Part shown: positions 17,898 through 27,259 of the stretch, in pieces | Numbering within the stretch: position 1 is the stretch's first letter | Layout of the letters: each line of letters begins with the position of its first letter | Assembly (NCBI GenBank): GCA_041666325.1 | Contig: JBAYHC010000003.1 | Span: 95,102 to 159,101 of the forward strand | DNA length: 64,000 nucleotides | Direction: 5' to 3' | Source of the DNA: Patescibacteria group bacterium | Lineage (GTDB): Bacteria > Patescibacteriota > UBA1384 > XYA2-FULL-43-10 > 1-14-0-10-43-13 | The notes under the pieces: generated by a model | The model's input: only the letters and a program-made list of their open reading frames with translations | The model's database searches: none | Told to the model about the DNA's origin: nothing | Program-made: the position numbers and the translations under genes

Positions 17898-17970
17898 AGC
17901 CGTTGACGGGAATCAAACCCGTGACCTCACCCTTACCAAGGGTGTGCTCTGTCAACTGAGCTACAACGGC
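17895..17970 (-). tRNA. tRNA-Thr (anticodon GGT)
   Basis: GCCGTTGTAGCTCAGTTGACAGAGCACACCCTTGGTAAGGGTGAGGTCACGGGTTTGATTCCCGTCAACGGCTCCA; acceptor GCCGTTG/CAACGGC, anticodon loop UUGGUAA. Confidence 0.9.
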
Positions 17971-18118
17971 AGCTAGTATTTGAGAATAAACGTCCGAAAC
18001 CCATGATATTTTATCGGTAAAGCTTCTCTGCAGAATTTTATCAACAGGCTGCGCGAAACCCTTAATCAACGTCTGTCATTGTATCATATTGTACAAAACA
18101 AAGCAATGTGTACGTAAG

Positions 18119-18173
18119 CTCATATCGAATCAAAAAAGCCCCACACTTAGGGCCTTTTTTGACTCGATATGAG
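18119..18173. terminator. palindromic, probably bidirectional, intrinsic terminator
   Basis: CTCATATCGA ATCAAAAAAGCCCCACACTTAGGGCCTTTTTTGAC TCGATATGAG. The GC hairpin is flanked by A-run and T-run and enclosed in a 10-bp outer inverted repeat. It lies just downstream of minus gene 18182..18412. Confidence 0.6.
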
Positions 18174-18181
18174 CAGAATCG

Positions 18182-18412
18182 CTAGGCAGCACTCACTGCC
18201 TGTCTTGCGTCCTCTTCATCAACCTGAGCTTGAATTGCACCCAGGTCCTCAGATGCCTTATCGATAGCATCAAAGGCATCGCCTGCTGCTTGTTCAACTT
18301 TTTGCTTAATCTCAACAACCACACTCTTTAATTCGGTTGTCTCTGCTTCCAAGCTTTCAATGACAGCCGTGAGTGTTCGAATGTCTTCATCTAATTGATT
18401 TAAATCTGCCAT
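18182..18412 (-). CDS. small acidic coiled-coil protein (hypothetical)
   Basis: 76 aa, all alpha/coiled-coil (MADLNQLDEDIRTLTAVIESLEAETTELK...). Probably operonic with 18434..19120. Confidence 0.5.
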   Translation of the reverse strand: MADLNQLDEDIRTLTAVIESLEAETTELKSVVVEIKQKVEQAAGDAFDAIDKASEDLGAIQAQVDEEDARQAVSAA

Positions 18413-18433
18413 ATGCCTCCTCTTAATCGTAAA

Positions 18434-19120
18434 TTAGACCTGTTTCATCGCTTCCATGCTGCTCAACTGACCACGCATAGTTGCGATTGCCTGTTCTCTT
18501 AGTGCCACTCTTTGCTGCATAACCTCAAGCATCTTAGTGTCTGAAGCTAGCTTTGTCTCTTCCTTGGTAATCTGTTCCAACATTTCGTGAATTTTTTTGC
18601 CTATTGCACCATCATTAAATCTTCGAATCAGACCGGTTCGAACTTCCCGGCCGGTATCGCAAGCACGATTGAAACGCTCGGTTCCCCAATCAACGGCATC
18701 GTCTTTAACTTCGACAGCTCTATTATAGCCATCAACCAATGTTCTACCAGCTTCCTGTGCTACAGCGACAGTTGTCTCTTTAACTAGCTTCACGTCTTCT
18801 ACTGCCTGTTCTTTTAGATCCAGGCCGATTTCCTTGCCAAGAGCCACAGTTTCTGCTGCTAAATTTTTTGCTGCCTGGTCTGCACCGAGCACGCCATCGA
18901 TTGCTTTTCCTCCGGCATCAACAGTTAAGCCACCAAGAAATCGTAAACCTTTTCCGACCTTTCTTGCCGCACCAGAAAACCTATTGCTAAGCCAACCTTT
19001 TGCCTGTTCGTACTGCTGGCCCACAATTTCTTTAGCTCCCTCAACCTGCCGCCCCAGAGCTTCCTTTCGCTCTCTTCCAACTTCGCTTGCAGCCCTTCGA
19101 TCTACAGATATCTCAGCCAT
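18434..19120 (-). CDS. hypothetical coiled-coil protein
   Basis: 228 aa, Ala/Glu/Lys-rich, helical; no catalytic motif. Confidence 0.5.
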   Translation of the reverse strand: MAEISVDRRAASEVGRERKEALGRQVEGAKEIVGQQYEQAKGWLSNRFSGAARKVGKGLRFLGGLTVDAGGKAIDGVLGADQAAKNLAAETVALGKEIGLDLKEQAVEDVKLVKETTVAVAQEAGRTLVDGYNRAVEVKDDAVDWGTERFNRACDTGREVRTGLIRRFNDGAIGKKIHEMLEQITKEETKLASDTKMLEVMQQRVALREQAIATMRGQLSSMEAMKQV

Positions 19121-19308
19121 CGATCCTCCTAGATTAATATCTTTCTCATGTAATAAATTATGGCCTAATTATTGTAGCAATAATTTATTTTGTCAATGTG
19201 GATAACTCAAATTGTCCTAATCAGCTTCAAGCGGTCCACGAAATGGTTATTCAGATTTTGTTGGTAATCCAAAAGAAGATTAAAAATACATGTCTAATCC
19301 ATCGCCTG

Positions 19309-20037
19309 TTATCTGGTTCGAAAAGCCTGAGCATGAGTACGCTGCTTTTCTTCGGCCTGCATTGCCAGATCACGGTAATCTTTGTTGTCAATATCGAGGA
19401 CTGTTGCCCGCTTCAACGCTTTTGCTGCCTTTGCAAATTGTCTCACCTCCATGAAAGCGCGACCTAGCGCCGCATGCCAAGCAGATTGGCTTCGATCAAG
19501 AATAACTGCTTTCTGCAAATGCTCTATTGCTTGAGTAAAATCTTCGCTACGAAGCTCAATTTCACCCAAGCCAAAGTATGCTTCGCCCAATTCATCGTTA
19601 CTCTTGATTGCCGTCTTGTATGCCTCTTTGGCATCCTCAAAATGGCCTCGCAGAGACGCGACTCTACCGATAACAACATAAGCCTGAGCACTGCGCTTAT
19701 CTTTTTTTAATGCCTCCAAGGCCAAATCTTCAGCCGCCCGTAGGTCGTCTGAATCAAGGGCCTGGTCAGCCTCAAATAAAATTCTCGCAAGCTCAGGATC
19801 AAGCTCCATAAATCTTTTTTGAGCCTCATTGATGTCGCGGGGCGGAACAATATTATCCTGACCCTTGACGATCTCTTCCTGAATTTTTTCCAGTTCCTTT
19901 TCCCGTTTCTTGGCAAATCTACCCCAAAAAGAGACTGCCGGTTTGTCAGCAACCACTTCTGTGCCTGTTCGGGGGAAGTTACGCAACATCAAGAACAAGG
20001 CAAAGGCCAAACAAATTATGATCAGAATTTCTAGCAA
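19309..20037 (-). CDS. TPR-repeat protein with N-terminal membrane anchor
   Basis: N-terminal TM (MLEILIIICLAFALFLML) followed by several 34-aa TPR-like repeats (AYFGLGEIELRSEDFTQAIEHLQKAVILD etc.). Confidence 0.7.
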   Translation of the reverse strand: MLEILIIICLAFALFLMLRNFPRTGTEVVADKPAVSFWGRFAKKREKELEKIQEEIVKGQDNIVPPRDINEAQKRFMELDPELARILFEADQALDSDDLRAAEDLALEALKKDKRSAQAYVVIGRVASLRGHFEDAKEAYKTAIKSNDELGEAYFGLGEIELRSEDFTQAIEHLQKAVILDRSQSAWHAALGRAFMEVRQFAKAAKALKRATVLDIDNKDYRDLAMQAEEKQRTHAQAFRTR

Positions 20038-20088
20038 GTTTACTCCAAGCCCACTTCTGGTGATTTAAAACATATCAAGCACTTAATT

Positions 20089-20787
20089 TTACCACACTTT
20101 TTCCAATGAAAGAACCAGGTCCTCTAACGCAAGACGTGCATTGGCGTTACCATCAATTGCTCGACGGCACTGGTGCAGCAAGATCATTGCTTCGGCGTAT
20201 TTTGCTTCTTTTTTTTCAAGCAACTGCTGACGCAGATAACTTTCGATCGATTCTAGCAAAGCTTTTGTCTTGCCATCTTTTGTCATATCACCAATTGTTT
20301 TAGAGGCTAGCGCAAAGCCACCTTTTATCCACTCGATTGATATTGATTCTACAGACTCATTGTCTGCACCGGAATCAATGCGCGAGACTCTGCAACGCGA
20401 AATAATAGTGGGCAAAACTGCAGAGTTAGCAGAAAATAGAATGAAAGTCGCCCCTCGTGGCGGTTCTTCCAAAGTTTTTAGAAGAATATTGGCCGATGAA
20501 TCATTTAGCTTTTCACAGTCGTGTATGACTGCCAGTCTCCCGCCTCCCTGTGGGGACAGATTGATCTCATGGATAAGTCTGCGGACGTCTTCAACTTTTA
20601 TCTCTCCACTCTTGCCGGTATCAGAAGATGGCGCAACAACAGAAATATCCTCTGATAGTATTCCCTTACTTTCAGTAAAGTAGCCAACCAGCTTTTCGTT
20701 TTCCTGGTCCTTCCCGCCTATAAACAAATAGGCATGAGACCAGGAATTTTGCTTGGCATCATTCTCTAGAACCTCTTCTGCTTTCAT
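20089..20787 (-). CDS. holB: DNA polymerase III delta-prime subunit
   Basis: Hallmark motif NILLKTLEEPP plus HAYLFIGG and SRCRV blocks. Start placed at the internal MKAEEV. Confidence 0.75.
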   Translation of the reverse strand: MKAEEVLENDAKQNSWSHAYLFIGGKDQENEKLVGYFTESKGILSEDISVVAPSSDTGKSGEIKVEDVRRLIHEINLSPQGGGRLAVIHDCEKLNDSSANILLKTLEEPPRGATFILFSANSAVLPTIISRCRVSRIDSGADNESVESISIEWIKGGFALASKTIGDMTKDGKTKALLESIESYLRQQLLEKKEAKYAEAMILLHQCRRAIDGNANARLALEDLVLSLEKVW

Positions 20788-20924
20788 CACCCACACTCTA
20801 GCAAACACACCCGAAATTGACAAGAGAAAAACAGGCGGGTAAATTAATAATGAATACGATCGAAAATTGTATAATCCAGACACTAAAGCCCGGGATCTAG
20901 CTTTTACTAACAGAAAGAAGTCAA

Positions 20925-21257
20925 ATGGAAGGTGACACCTCCAAACTTGAAGATAAGGTTCTATTGTGCAAAGATTGCGGCAAAAGATTTCTTTGGACGG
21001 CCGGAGAGCAAAAGTTCTTCATCGACAAGGGGCTCCAAAACATTCCAAAACGCTGTAAGATCTGCACCGCAAACTACAAAGAGAAACTGAGAGAAAAACA
21101 TCCGATCTGGGAGATTAAATGTAAGGTCTGCGGCAAAAAGGCCGAGGCACCATTTGAGCCAAAGGGGAGCGATATTTTGTGCGAGAGTTGCTTCAATCTT
21201 GAAATAGAAAAGAGAGACAAGGCAATTGAGGCCATAGGAGAAAGAGTTCCTGAGTAG
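20925..21257 (+). CDS. zinc-ribbon domain protein (zf-trcl-like, probable)
   Basis: Two CxxC pairs, twice (CKDCGKRFLWTAGEQKFF...KRCKIC and CKVCGKKA...CESC). The pattern matches the probable zinc-ribbon family seen in small-genome bacteria. Confidence 0.55.
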   Translation: MEGDTSKLEDKVLLCKDCGKRFLWTAGEQKFFIDKGLQNIPKRCKICTANYKEKLREKHPIWEIKCKVCGKKAEAPFEPKGSDILCESCFNLEIEKRDKAIEAIGERVPE

Positions 21258-21313
21258 GAACCGGATGATTAGCCAACCGACAAAAAACGCGTTTGAGTTC
21301 TAAGATAGCGCGT

Positions 21314-21508
21314 CTATTCGCTTTTTTCTGTTTGTGCTACCTTTTCGAGATTCTGGTACTTTTTGAGAGTACGAAGACATTGAGTGCACACAAGAATACC
21401 GCCAACTTTTTGGAGGTTAGGTTTGAATTTTCGCTTGGTATGATTTTGAGCGTGAGAAACGAGACTCCCTGTATGGGCTCTCTTTCTGCAAATTAAGCAC
21501 TGGGCCAT
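21314..21508 (-). CDS. rpmB: 50S ribosomal protein L28
   Basis: MAQCLICRKRAHTGSLVSHAQNHTKRKFKPNLQKV...VCTQCLRT matches the L28 signature (C.V.GK...GN.VSHAN..TKR.F.PNLQ). Confidence 0.8.
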   Translation of the reverse strand: MAQCLICRKRAHTGSLVSHAQNHTKRKFKPNLQKVGGILVCTQCLRTLKKYQNLEKVAQTEKSE

Positions 21509-21745
21509 AGTCAAGTCCTTTGTGTCTATGGTAAACTGTTACTGTCTGAATATAGCACGAAAGTGACTTTAAATCAAGACCAAAAAGCACGAAGGGTCTC
21601 AATGAAAAATCACGCTCTTGCAGCCTCGCTTAAAACTTAGCACTTTCCGGCCTTGGCTCGAGCTTTGGCCAGTCTCGGCTTGTCTAAGCCAAAAGGGCCG
21701 AGACAGGTCATGCTTCCTTAACTTTCACACTTTTGAGAATTTATT

Positions 21746-22399
21746 ATGTTTCTACTCAACCTACTTCAAAATCCAATCTTTTTCGTTGTTTTCCTAGTCG
21801 CCTTAGTGGTTGCGATTACTGTTCATGAGTATGCCCACGCCTTAGTGGCTAATAGACTCGGTGACAGCACACCCAAATATATGGGGAGAGTTACGCTTAA
21901 CCCACTTGCCCACTTGGATCCGCTTGGAACCCTGTTTCTGTTTATTGCCGGATTCGGCTGGGGCAAACCCGTGCCAATCAATCCCCGCAACTTTCGAAAA
22001 AGAGAGGATGAGATCAAGGTTGCGCTCGCCGGCATCATCGCCAACATCCTAATGGCCATCATAATCGGCATTCCAATACGGATAGCCATCTTGCAGGGAA
22101 TACCGATCGAGAGTTCTACCTTCCTCTCAGTCCTGAACTTCGCAGTTGAGATCAATATTGTGCTTGCAGCATTCAATCTATTGCCGATTTACCCACTCGA
22201 CGGATCACACCTCATCGAATACCTCTTGCACGATTCCCCCGCCATCCAGTACTACCGCGAAATCGGCCCCTATCTACTCTTCATAATGGTATTCCTGGGC
22301 AGAACTAGCGGGCTCTCGGTTATCTCGATTATCCTCGAGCCGCTAATGAGAGTATTATCATTTATCGCCAAGGGCACCTTCTCTCTCTATAGTTTCTGA
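21746..22399 (+). CDS. site-2 protease family zinc metalloprotease (M50)
   Basis: HEYAHALVANRLGD (HExxH) and the LLPIYPLDGSHL motif; multi-TM, 217 aa. Confidence 0.8.
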   Translation: MFLLNLLQNPIFFVVFLVALVVAITVHEYAHALVANRLGDSTPKYMGRVTLNPLAHLDPLGTLFLFIAGFGWGKPVPINPRNFRKREDEIKVALAGIIANILMAIIIGIPIRIAILQGIPIESSTFLSVLNFAVEINIVLAAFNLLPIYPLDGSHLIEYLLHDSPAIQYYREIGPYLLFIMVFLGRTSGLSVISIILEPLMRVLSFIAKGTFSLYSF

Positions 22400-22695
22400 T
22401 ACCACAGGCTTGAGTCCAGGTCCACTCTATCACCCGCAAAAATAACTCCCTCCGTCAGGAGTTTTTTTGTTTGAGATTCTGCCCCGCCGAAGGCGTATTG
22501 GGCAGATACTCTACCCAGACTATTCACCACTCGATGGCAAGGAATTGAGCTGGGGTCAGGGTTCTTGTGTAAAATATTTCCGATCGCCCTGGCGCTTTTC
22601 ATACCGCACAATTTTGCGACCTGGCCATAGGTGGCAACTTTGCCCGGAGGAATTAGCGACACGCAGCGATAAACTTTTTCAGTCATGACAGACAT
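22387..22695 (-). CDS. methylated-DNA-[protein]-cysteine S-methyltransferase family protein (MGMT DNA-binding domain)
   Basis: Conserved active-site PCHRVV plus the ATYGQVA and GNILH helix-turn-helix blocks; 102 aa, i.e. C-terminal domain only. Confidence 0.8.
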   Translation of the reverse strand: MSVMTEKVYRCVSLIPPGKVATYGQVAKLCGMKSARAIGNILHKNPDPSSIPCHRVVNSLGRVSAQYAFGGAESQTKKLLTEGVIFAGDRVDLDSSLWYQKL

Positions 22696-22703
22696 CGGAT
22701 AAA

Positions 22704-22976
22704 TTAAAGCTTGCTTGCTTCCTCGATAGTCGGAGGTCTATTTGGCCCAACGGCCTTATTGTTATTGTCTTTCTTCTGCTCGGATTCAATTGGCTGTTGA
22801 TCGGCTTGCTTTTCATCTTTGGAAGCGTCAGAAGATTGGTCGGCGCTGCTCTCCATGGAGGCTTGGCCCGAGGAACTTTTTTCAAAAAGCCCCTGTTGCG
22901 CAGCCAAAGCAACCCCAGCCGCTGTTAGGAGCAGGATGATAATTATAATTAACAAAATTTTTTTAGACATGTTCAC
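22704..22976 (-). CDS. small secreted low-complexity protein (hypothetical)
   Basis: Signal/TM segment KKILLIIIIILLLTAAGVALA followed by an S/Q/D/K-rich tail. Confidence 0.4.
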   Translation of the reverse strand: MNMSKKILLIIIIILLLTAAGVALAAQQGLFEKSSSGQASMESSADQSSDASKDEKQADQQPIESEQKKDNNNKAVGPNRPPTIEEASKL

Positions 22977-23124
22977 CCCAAGAGCTATTAACTAATGTTT
23001 CTGAGACACAAACAAGCGCAACTCAATTTAGGGAACACAGGTGGACCCAGAATTACTTATACCACAGAATACTACTTCGCACAATAAAAAAAGACGGCTT
23101 GAATTCCAAGCCGCCGGAAATTCT

Positions 23125-23355
23125 CTACCAAGCCCCATGGAAACGAGGCCTCGTTTGGCTGATAATTGCTCTGGCCACATTGGCCGGGAGAAAACGACCA
23201 ATCGGTCGAAAACGCCAATCCAAGTAACGATAAAGTTGACCGCTCTCGTCGATCGCTTTGGTTGGATTACCGTTGGCTGCCGAATAGAGTGTTGTACAAT
23301 CACCCACAACCACAACCTCTGAAACAAGGCCGTCACCGCAAAGAAGCCTTGCCAT
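23125..23355 (-). CDS. hypothetical protein (downstream member of a translationally coupled pair)
   Basis: Its ATG overlaps the stop of the upstream ORF (ATGA). GC-rich, no motif. Confidence 0.35.
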   Translation of the reverse strand: MARLLCGDGLVSEVVVVGDCTTLYSAANGNPTKAIDESGQLYRYLDWRFRPIGRFLPANVARAIISQTRPRFHGAW

Positions 23356-23597
23356 CAGTTGGACTCAGAAAGAAAATCGATAACTGTCAATGTTGCAGCG
23401 CCAATTCCTAAAGACGAGTAAACTCGGCGCAAAGACGGTCGAAGACGCTCATTGCTATTCCAAATATGACGCAAGGTAAGCATTCCATTCGAACCGTCGA
23501 TGGAGTCTTCAGCTCGCCTCACCATCTCAGCCAACCCTGGGCCAAGAGTAGTCCAAGCATCTTCAAGTGTCATTTCGGGACAAAGTATATCTGTCAT
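23355..23597 (-). CDS. hypothetical protein (upstream member of the coupled pair)
   Basis: 80-aa ORF in a GC-rich segment; stop/start overlap with 23125..23355. Confidence 0.35.
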   Translation of the reverse strand: MTDILCPEMTLEDAWTTLGPGLAEMVRRAEDSIDGSNGMLTLRHIWNSNERLRPSLRRVYSSLGIGAATLTVIDFLSESN

Positions 23598-23650
23598 TCT
23601 TCTTTCCTCCCTCTTCGTTCACGTTGCCGAACCCTGACCTGAACCAGAAT

Positions 23651-23750
23651 CCGGCCAGTAAACAAAAAACCGCGGACATCCGCGGTAATTCTCACTCTTA
23701 TATCTAACCAAAAATTACCGCGGTGCCTCGGTGGTAAAATAATAAAACCA
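23651..23750 (-). repeat. ~90-bp intergenic repeat, copy 1, carrying a CCGCGG-hairpin terminator (serves pheA)
   Basis: Minus-strand sense AATTACCGCGGATGTCCGCGGTTTTTTGTTT is an intrinsic terminator. About 80% identical to the copy at 24841..24935. Confidence 0.55.
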
Positions 23751-23908
23751 ATAGTTTACTGAAGTTTGGTAATCTTTAGTCATATTGCTCTTGTGCAGAT
23801 TTTAGCATTAAGTAATTTTTTCGTCAAGAGAGCGAGCCCGAACCGCCGCACAGGTAGTTCGGGCACGAATCTCTTGAATTATCATGTTGATAATTTCGAT
23901 GGTCTCTG

Positions 23909-24775
23909 TCAATTGGCCGGGTATGAACCCAGAATATGAAAACAACTCGACTGCATGCGCATTCCAGAGATTGACCAACTAACCTTCGGCAAACTCTGGT
24001 GTCCATCCAGAACGGCAACGAAGTAATACGAACTGTTTCCACCCTCATTGATGTCAATCTGGAAACTGCTTTGCATGCTGATGTTAACTCCAGAAAGGGC
24101 TGGCGGCCCCAAAACCCGCCAGAGCGAACCAGGCACCTGCGGTGGGCACTCGAAGATCACTAGCGTCTTATACTCCACGCCTTCTTCAGGATAAAGATTG
24201 TTGTGCTCACGTGAGAAAAGCAAAAACCTGGTTCGATTGCCTTCTGTGTCATGAATGTTTGGCAACAATACCTTGAGACTATAAATCTCAGCCGCAGCCT
24301 CTGACGCAATTGCCGCGACCGTTTGATCGCCCATGGCAGCCACTATGCTTGCACCTTCTGCCGTACTGGAGGCAGAATCAAATCCAAGTTTCATTGGACC
24401 CAGATTACGCCGGCACTGCCGCCATGCCTCGAAGTGCGTTTTGACGGTTGAAATATGGTCGATTTCTGCCTCAGGCAAAGCCAGCAATTGATGTCGAATT
24501 GGCAGAAAAACGGACTTGCAGGCGTAAACCGGACGGTTGCCTTGCCAGACCTCACGGAGAGCGCCAATCGTTTCGCCAACCGGACCTGTCGTGTTCTCGA
24601 TTGGTGCAATGCCCCAACGGGCACGGCCACTGGCAACGGCTTCAATGACAGACGCATTGCCCCCACTGCATGCAAGACCTCTCGCTTCAACTTCTTTTGA
24701 ACCAAAAAGCTTAAGAGCTGCCTGGTGACCATTTGTTCCAGCCGGACCAAGATAGGCAATATCACCACTAGTCAT
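23909..24775 (-). CDS. pheA: prephenate dehydratase
   Basis: IAYLGPAGTNGHQAA N-terminus, conserved TRF motif (TRFLLF) and C-terminal ACT domain. AGAGGAG RBS before MTSGDIAYLGP. Confidence 0.8.
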   Translation of the reverse strand: MTSGDIAYLGPAGTNGHQAALKLFGSKEVEARGLACSGGNASVIEAVASGRARWGIAPIENTTGPVGETIGALREVWQGNRPVYACKSVFLPIRHQLLALPEAEIDHISTVKTHFEAWRQCRRNLGPMKLGFDSASSTAEGASIVAAMGDQTVAAIASEAAAEIYSLKVLLPNIHDTEGNRTRFLLFSREHNNLYPEEGVEYKTLVIFECPPQVPGSLWRVLGPPALSGVNISMQSSFQIDINEGGNSSYYFVAVLDGHQSLPKVSWSISGMRMQSSCFHILGSYPAN

Positions 24776-24840
24776 TCGCTTCTCCTCTCTGCACAGTACT
24801 CCATCATTTATTGCAGCCAATAAACAATGGAAGCTGAGCA

Positions 24841-24935
24841 AACAAAAAACCGCGGCTACCCGCGGTTAATTTCGTCTTGTTAGGTCGTTATGACTTTATC
24901 AAAAAATTACCGCGGGAACTCGGTGTAAAAAAATT
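24841..24935 (-). repeat. ~90-bp intergenic repeat, copy 2, carrying a CCGCGG-hairpin terminator (serves the EamA gene)
   Basis: Minus-strand sense AATTAACCGCGGGTAGCCGCGGTTTTTTGTT. Homologous to copy 1, including a second imperfect ACCGCGG..CTCGGTG hairpin. Confidence 0.55.
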
Positions 24936-25037
24936 AAAGCAAAACCACACACACGAAACATTTGCATAATTTTTTGATAAACAATCTTTCATTGATAATC
25001 ACTTTAGCGCACGAAGCATATCTTGTCAACACTGGGA

Positions 25038-25460
25038 CTACTTCAATGACATCAGCACCGCTCCAGCCGCAACCAAGGCAGCGCCAATCCCCGACTTCCA
25101 TGTCAGGTGTTCACCCAAGAACAAGACGGCAAGCACCAAAACAAAGACAACACTGAGACGGTCAATCGAAGCTACAGATGATGCTGGGCCGTGCTTGAGA
25201 GCGAAAAAATAGAAAAGCCAAGATGCGGCACCGGCTATGCCGGAGAAAAAAATAAAAGCAAAGGCGCGGCTGTTGATGGTATGAATCATGTCGGCCTTGC
25301 CCAAAGAAAGGGACAGTGCCAATAAGGAAATTGCCATGACTATTGCTCTTGCCGTAGTGGCGAGGGTTGAGTCGATATTGGCAATACCAACTTTGCCGAG
25401 TATCGCTACAAGCGCCGCGAAGAAAGCGGATAAGATTGCATATATTATCCAAATTTCCAT
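25038..25460 (-). CDS. EamA-like (DMT superfamily) small transporter
   Basis: 140 aa with 4 TM helices and the single EamA domain pattern (ILSAFFAALVAILGKVG..., ...FLGEHLTWKSGIGAALVAAGAVLM). Confidence 0.7.
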   Translation of the reverse strand: MEIWIIYAILSAFFAALVAILGKVGIANIDSTLATTARAIVMAISLLALSLSLGKADMIHTINSRAFAFIFFSGIAGAASWLFYFFALKHGPASSVASIDRLSVVFVLVLAVLFLGEHLTWKSGIGAALVAAGAVLMSLK

Positions 25461-25469
25461 ATCGCACCT

Positions 25470-25949
25470 CTAGGCTCTGCCCTTTTCGACAGCCCTGTCT
25501 AAGCGCATAAAGCCAGCTGCCAAGACGACAATCAAGCCGATTGTCGCAACGGCCAAATTGGTCACACCAGACTGAGTTGCCGCCGACGAAACAATTTTCT
25601 CTGTGCCATAAAGCGCGATAATTCCACCCAACAGAAGTCCGTTGCCGACTTCTTCAATGCTTTTGACAATGATCAAACCAGCGATTGCGGACAGGAGGGC
25701 AAAAATTACGACGATCATAAATGAGTTCTTGTAATAACGATCCGATCTATCATTATACTGTTGCAAGTCCTCATTGTACTTATCTAAGGAGGATTGCTGT
25801 TCGGCCGTTAATTCGCTCGCACTATCCTGAATTCCCAATGGATATGTCGGGTAATTTCCCGGGGCCTTGTAAACGTAGCTTACGCAGGCGCTAATAAAAT
25901 ATGCCGCCAAAAAGCTAAGCAAAACAGTGTAGAGCAAACGCGTGATCAT
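25470..25949 (-). CDS. membrane protein (hypothetical)
   Basis: 159 aa, 3-4 TM helices, no motif. Confidence 0.5.
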   Translation of the reverse strand: MITRLLYTVLLSFLAAYFISACVSYVYKAPGNYPTYPLGIQDSASELTAEQQSSLDKYNEDLQQYNDRSDRYYKNSFMIVVIFALLSAIAGLIIVKSIEEVGNGLLLGGIIALYGTEKIVSSAATQSGVTNLAVATIGLIVVLAAGFMRLDRAVEKGRA

Positions 25950-26089
25950 ACATCCTCCTTATAGATCAAATAGTTAGTGAATCGGTTTTCTCTATTATTC
26001 TTAATTGCTCCAATAAAATCAAGGGCTGCATTTACCGATAAAATGATATTTCGCAGCCCTTGATACTCTCGCCCTCTTGAATTGTTCAA

Positions 26090-27148
26090 CTATACGGCCA
26101 GAACTATTTCCTCCCATGGCAATCCGGCCTTGCCGAAGTGACCATAAGCTGCCGTTTGCTGGAAGATGGGCTGACGCAAATTTAACTTTTCAATAATTTT
26201 GCCTGGACGAAAATCAAAGTGCTTTTTGACCTCCTCTGCCAGACTCTCGCCCTTTTCATTGATGGCTTCGATCATCAGGGGTTCGGCCCGACCGATAGCA
26301 TAAGCCACGGAAACAAGACACTCTTTGGCCAGTCCGGCAGCCACAAGATTCTTGGCAACGAAACGCGCCATATAAGCAGCAGAGCGATCAACTTTGGTCG
26401 CGTCTTTGCCTGAGAAAGCCCCTCCGCCATGCGGTGCCAATCCACCGTATGTGTCAACCATGATCTTTCGACCTGTTAATCCTGTGTCAGCATAGAATCC
26501 GCCCTGAACAAATCGTCCGGTTGGGTTGACCAAAATCTCAACACCCTCCAAATCCTTGATAACCGGCTTGATCAGGTGCTCGACAATCTTCTCCCTGATC
26601 TCTTCCTGGGAAACGTCCTCGTCATGCTGAGTACTGACGAGCACCGAGGCAATCTTACCATCTTGCATCGTTACCTGGGTTTTGCCATCCGGACGAAGCC
26701 ACTTCATCTCCGGATGAGTTCGGCGCAAGTTCTCAAGCTCGGAAGCAAGCTTCTGAGCATACATAACCGCATCAGGCAGATAAGCATCATTGTCATTACA
26801 GGCATAACCATACATAATACCCTGATCTCCCGCTCCGCCCGTGTCCACGCCCTGAGCAATGTCAGGGGATTGTTGAACTACCTTGGTGATGATCTCCAGG
26901 TCATCGTTGTGACCGATCTCCTTGTAAACCTTTCTTGCGATCTTGGCGAAGTCAACTTTGGCATCGGATGTCAGCTCACCACCAATTACCAGCAATCCGT
27001 GCCCGCCGAACGTCTCGATTGCTACGCGGCTTCGCGGATCCTGGCGCAAACACTCGTCCAGAATTGCGTCGGAAATCTGGTCGCAAATCTTATCGGGATG
27101 ACCCGAAGTCACACTCTCCGCTGTCACAATCTTCGACTTGTGGAACAT
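26090..27148 (-). CDS. metK: S-adenosylmethionine synthetase
   Basis: GHPDKICDQISDAILD, GGGAFSGKDATKVDRSAAY and DTYGG signatures; 352 aa. Confidence 0.95.
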   Translation of the reverse strand: MFHKSKIVTAESVTSGHPDKICDQISDAILDECLRQDPRSRVAIETFGGHGLLVIGGELTSDAKVDFAKIARKVYKEIGHNDDLEIITKVVQQSPDIAQGVDTGGAGDQGIMYGYACNDNDAYLPDAVMYAQKLASELENLRRTHPEMKWLRPDGKTQVTMQDGKIASVLVSTQHDEDVSQEEIREKIVEHLIKPVIKDLEGVEILVNPTGRFVQGGFYADTGLTGRKIMVDTYGGLAPHGGGAFSGKDATKVDRSAAYMARFVAKNLVAAGLAKECLVSVAYAIGRAEPLMIEAINEKGESLAEEVKKHFDFRPGKIIEKLNLRQPIFQQTAAYGHFGKAGLPWEEIVLAV

Positions 27149-27231
27149 GTTTCTCCTTCCTATTAATAAAAAATTTTAATTAGTCGGCTAATCCGTTCTC
27201 AGCCTGGTATATTGCCCAGCCGTGCCGATAA

Positions 27232-27255
27232 CAAAAAACTCTCCACAAAGGAGAG
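27232..27255 (-). terminator. attenuator terminator of the metK leader
   Basis: Minus-strand sense GCUCUCCUUUGUGGAGAGUUUUUUG, lying between the riboswitch aptamer and the metK start. Confidence 0.6.
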
Positions 27256-27259
27256 CATA

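Noticed and set aside
17833-18069. 78-aa minus-strand ORF
   Set aside because: Overlaps tRNA-Thr(GGT) and structured element B.
20089-20883. 264-aa version of holB starting at MSGLYNF
   Set aside because: The N-terminal 32 aa are hydrophobic and not part of HolB. The internal MKAEEV start gives a protein of canonical length.
24391-24768. Alternative-frame ORFs inside pheA
   Set aside because: The pheA reading frame has clear family signatures; the others are GC-driven open frames.
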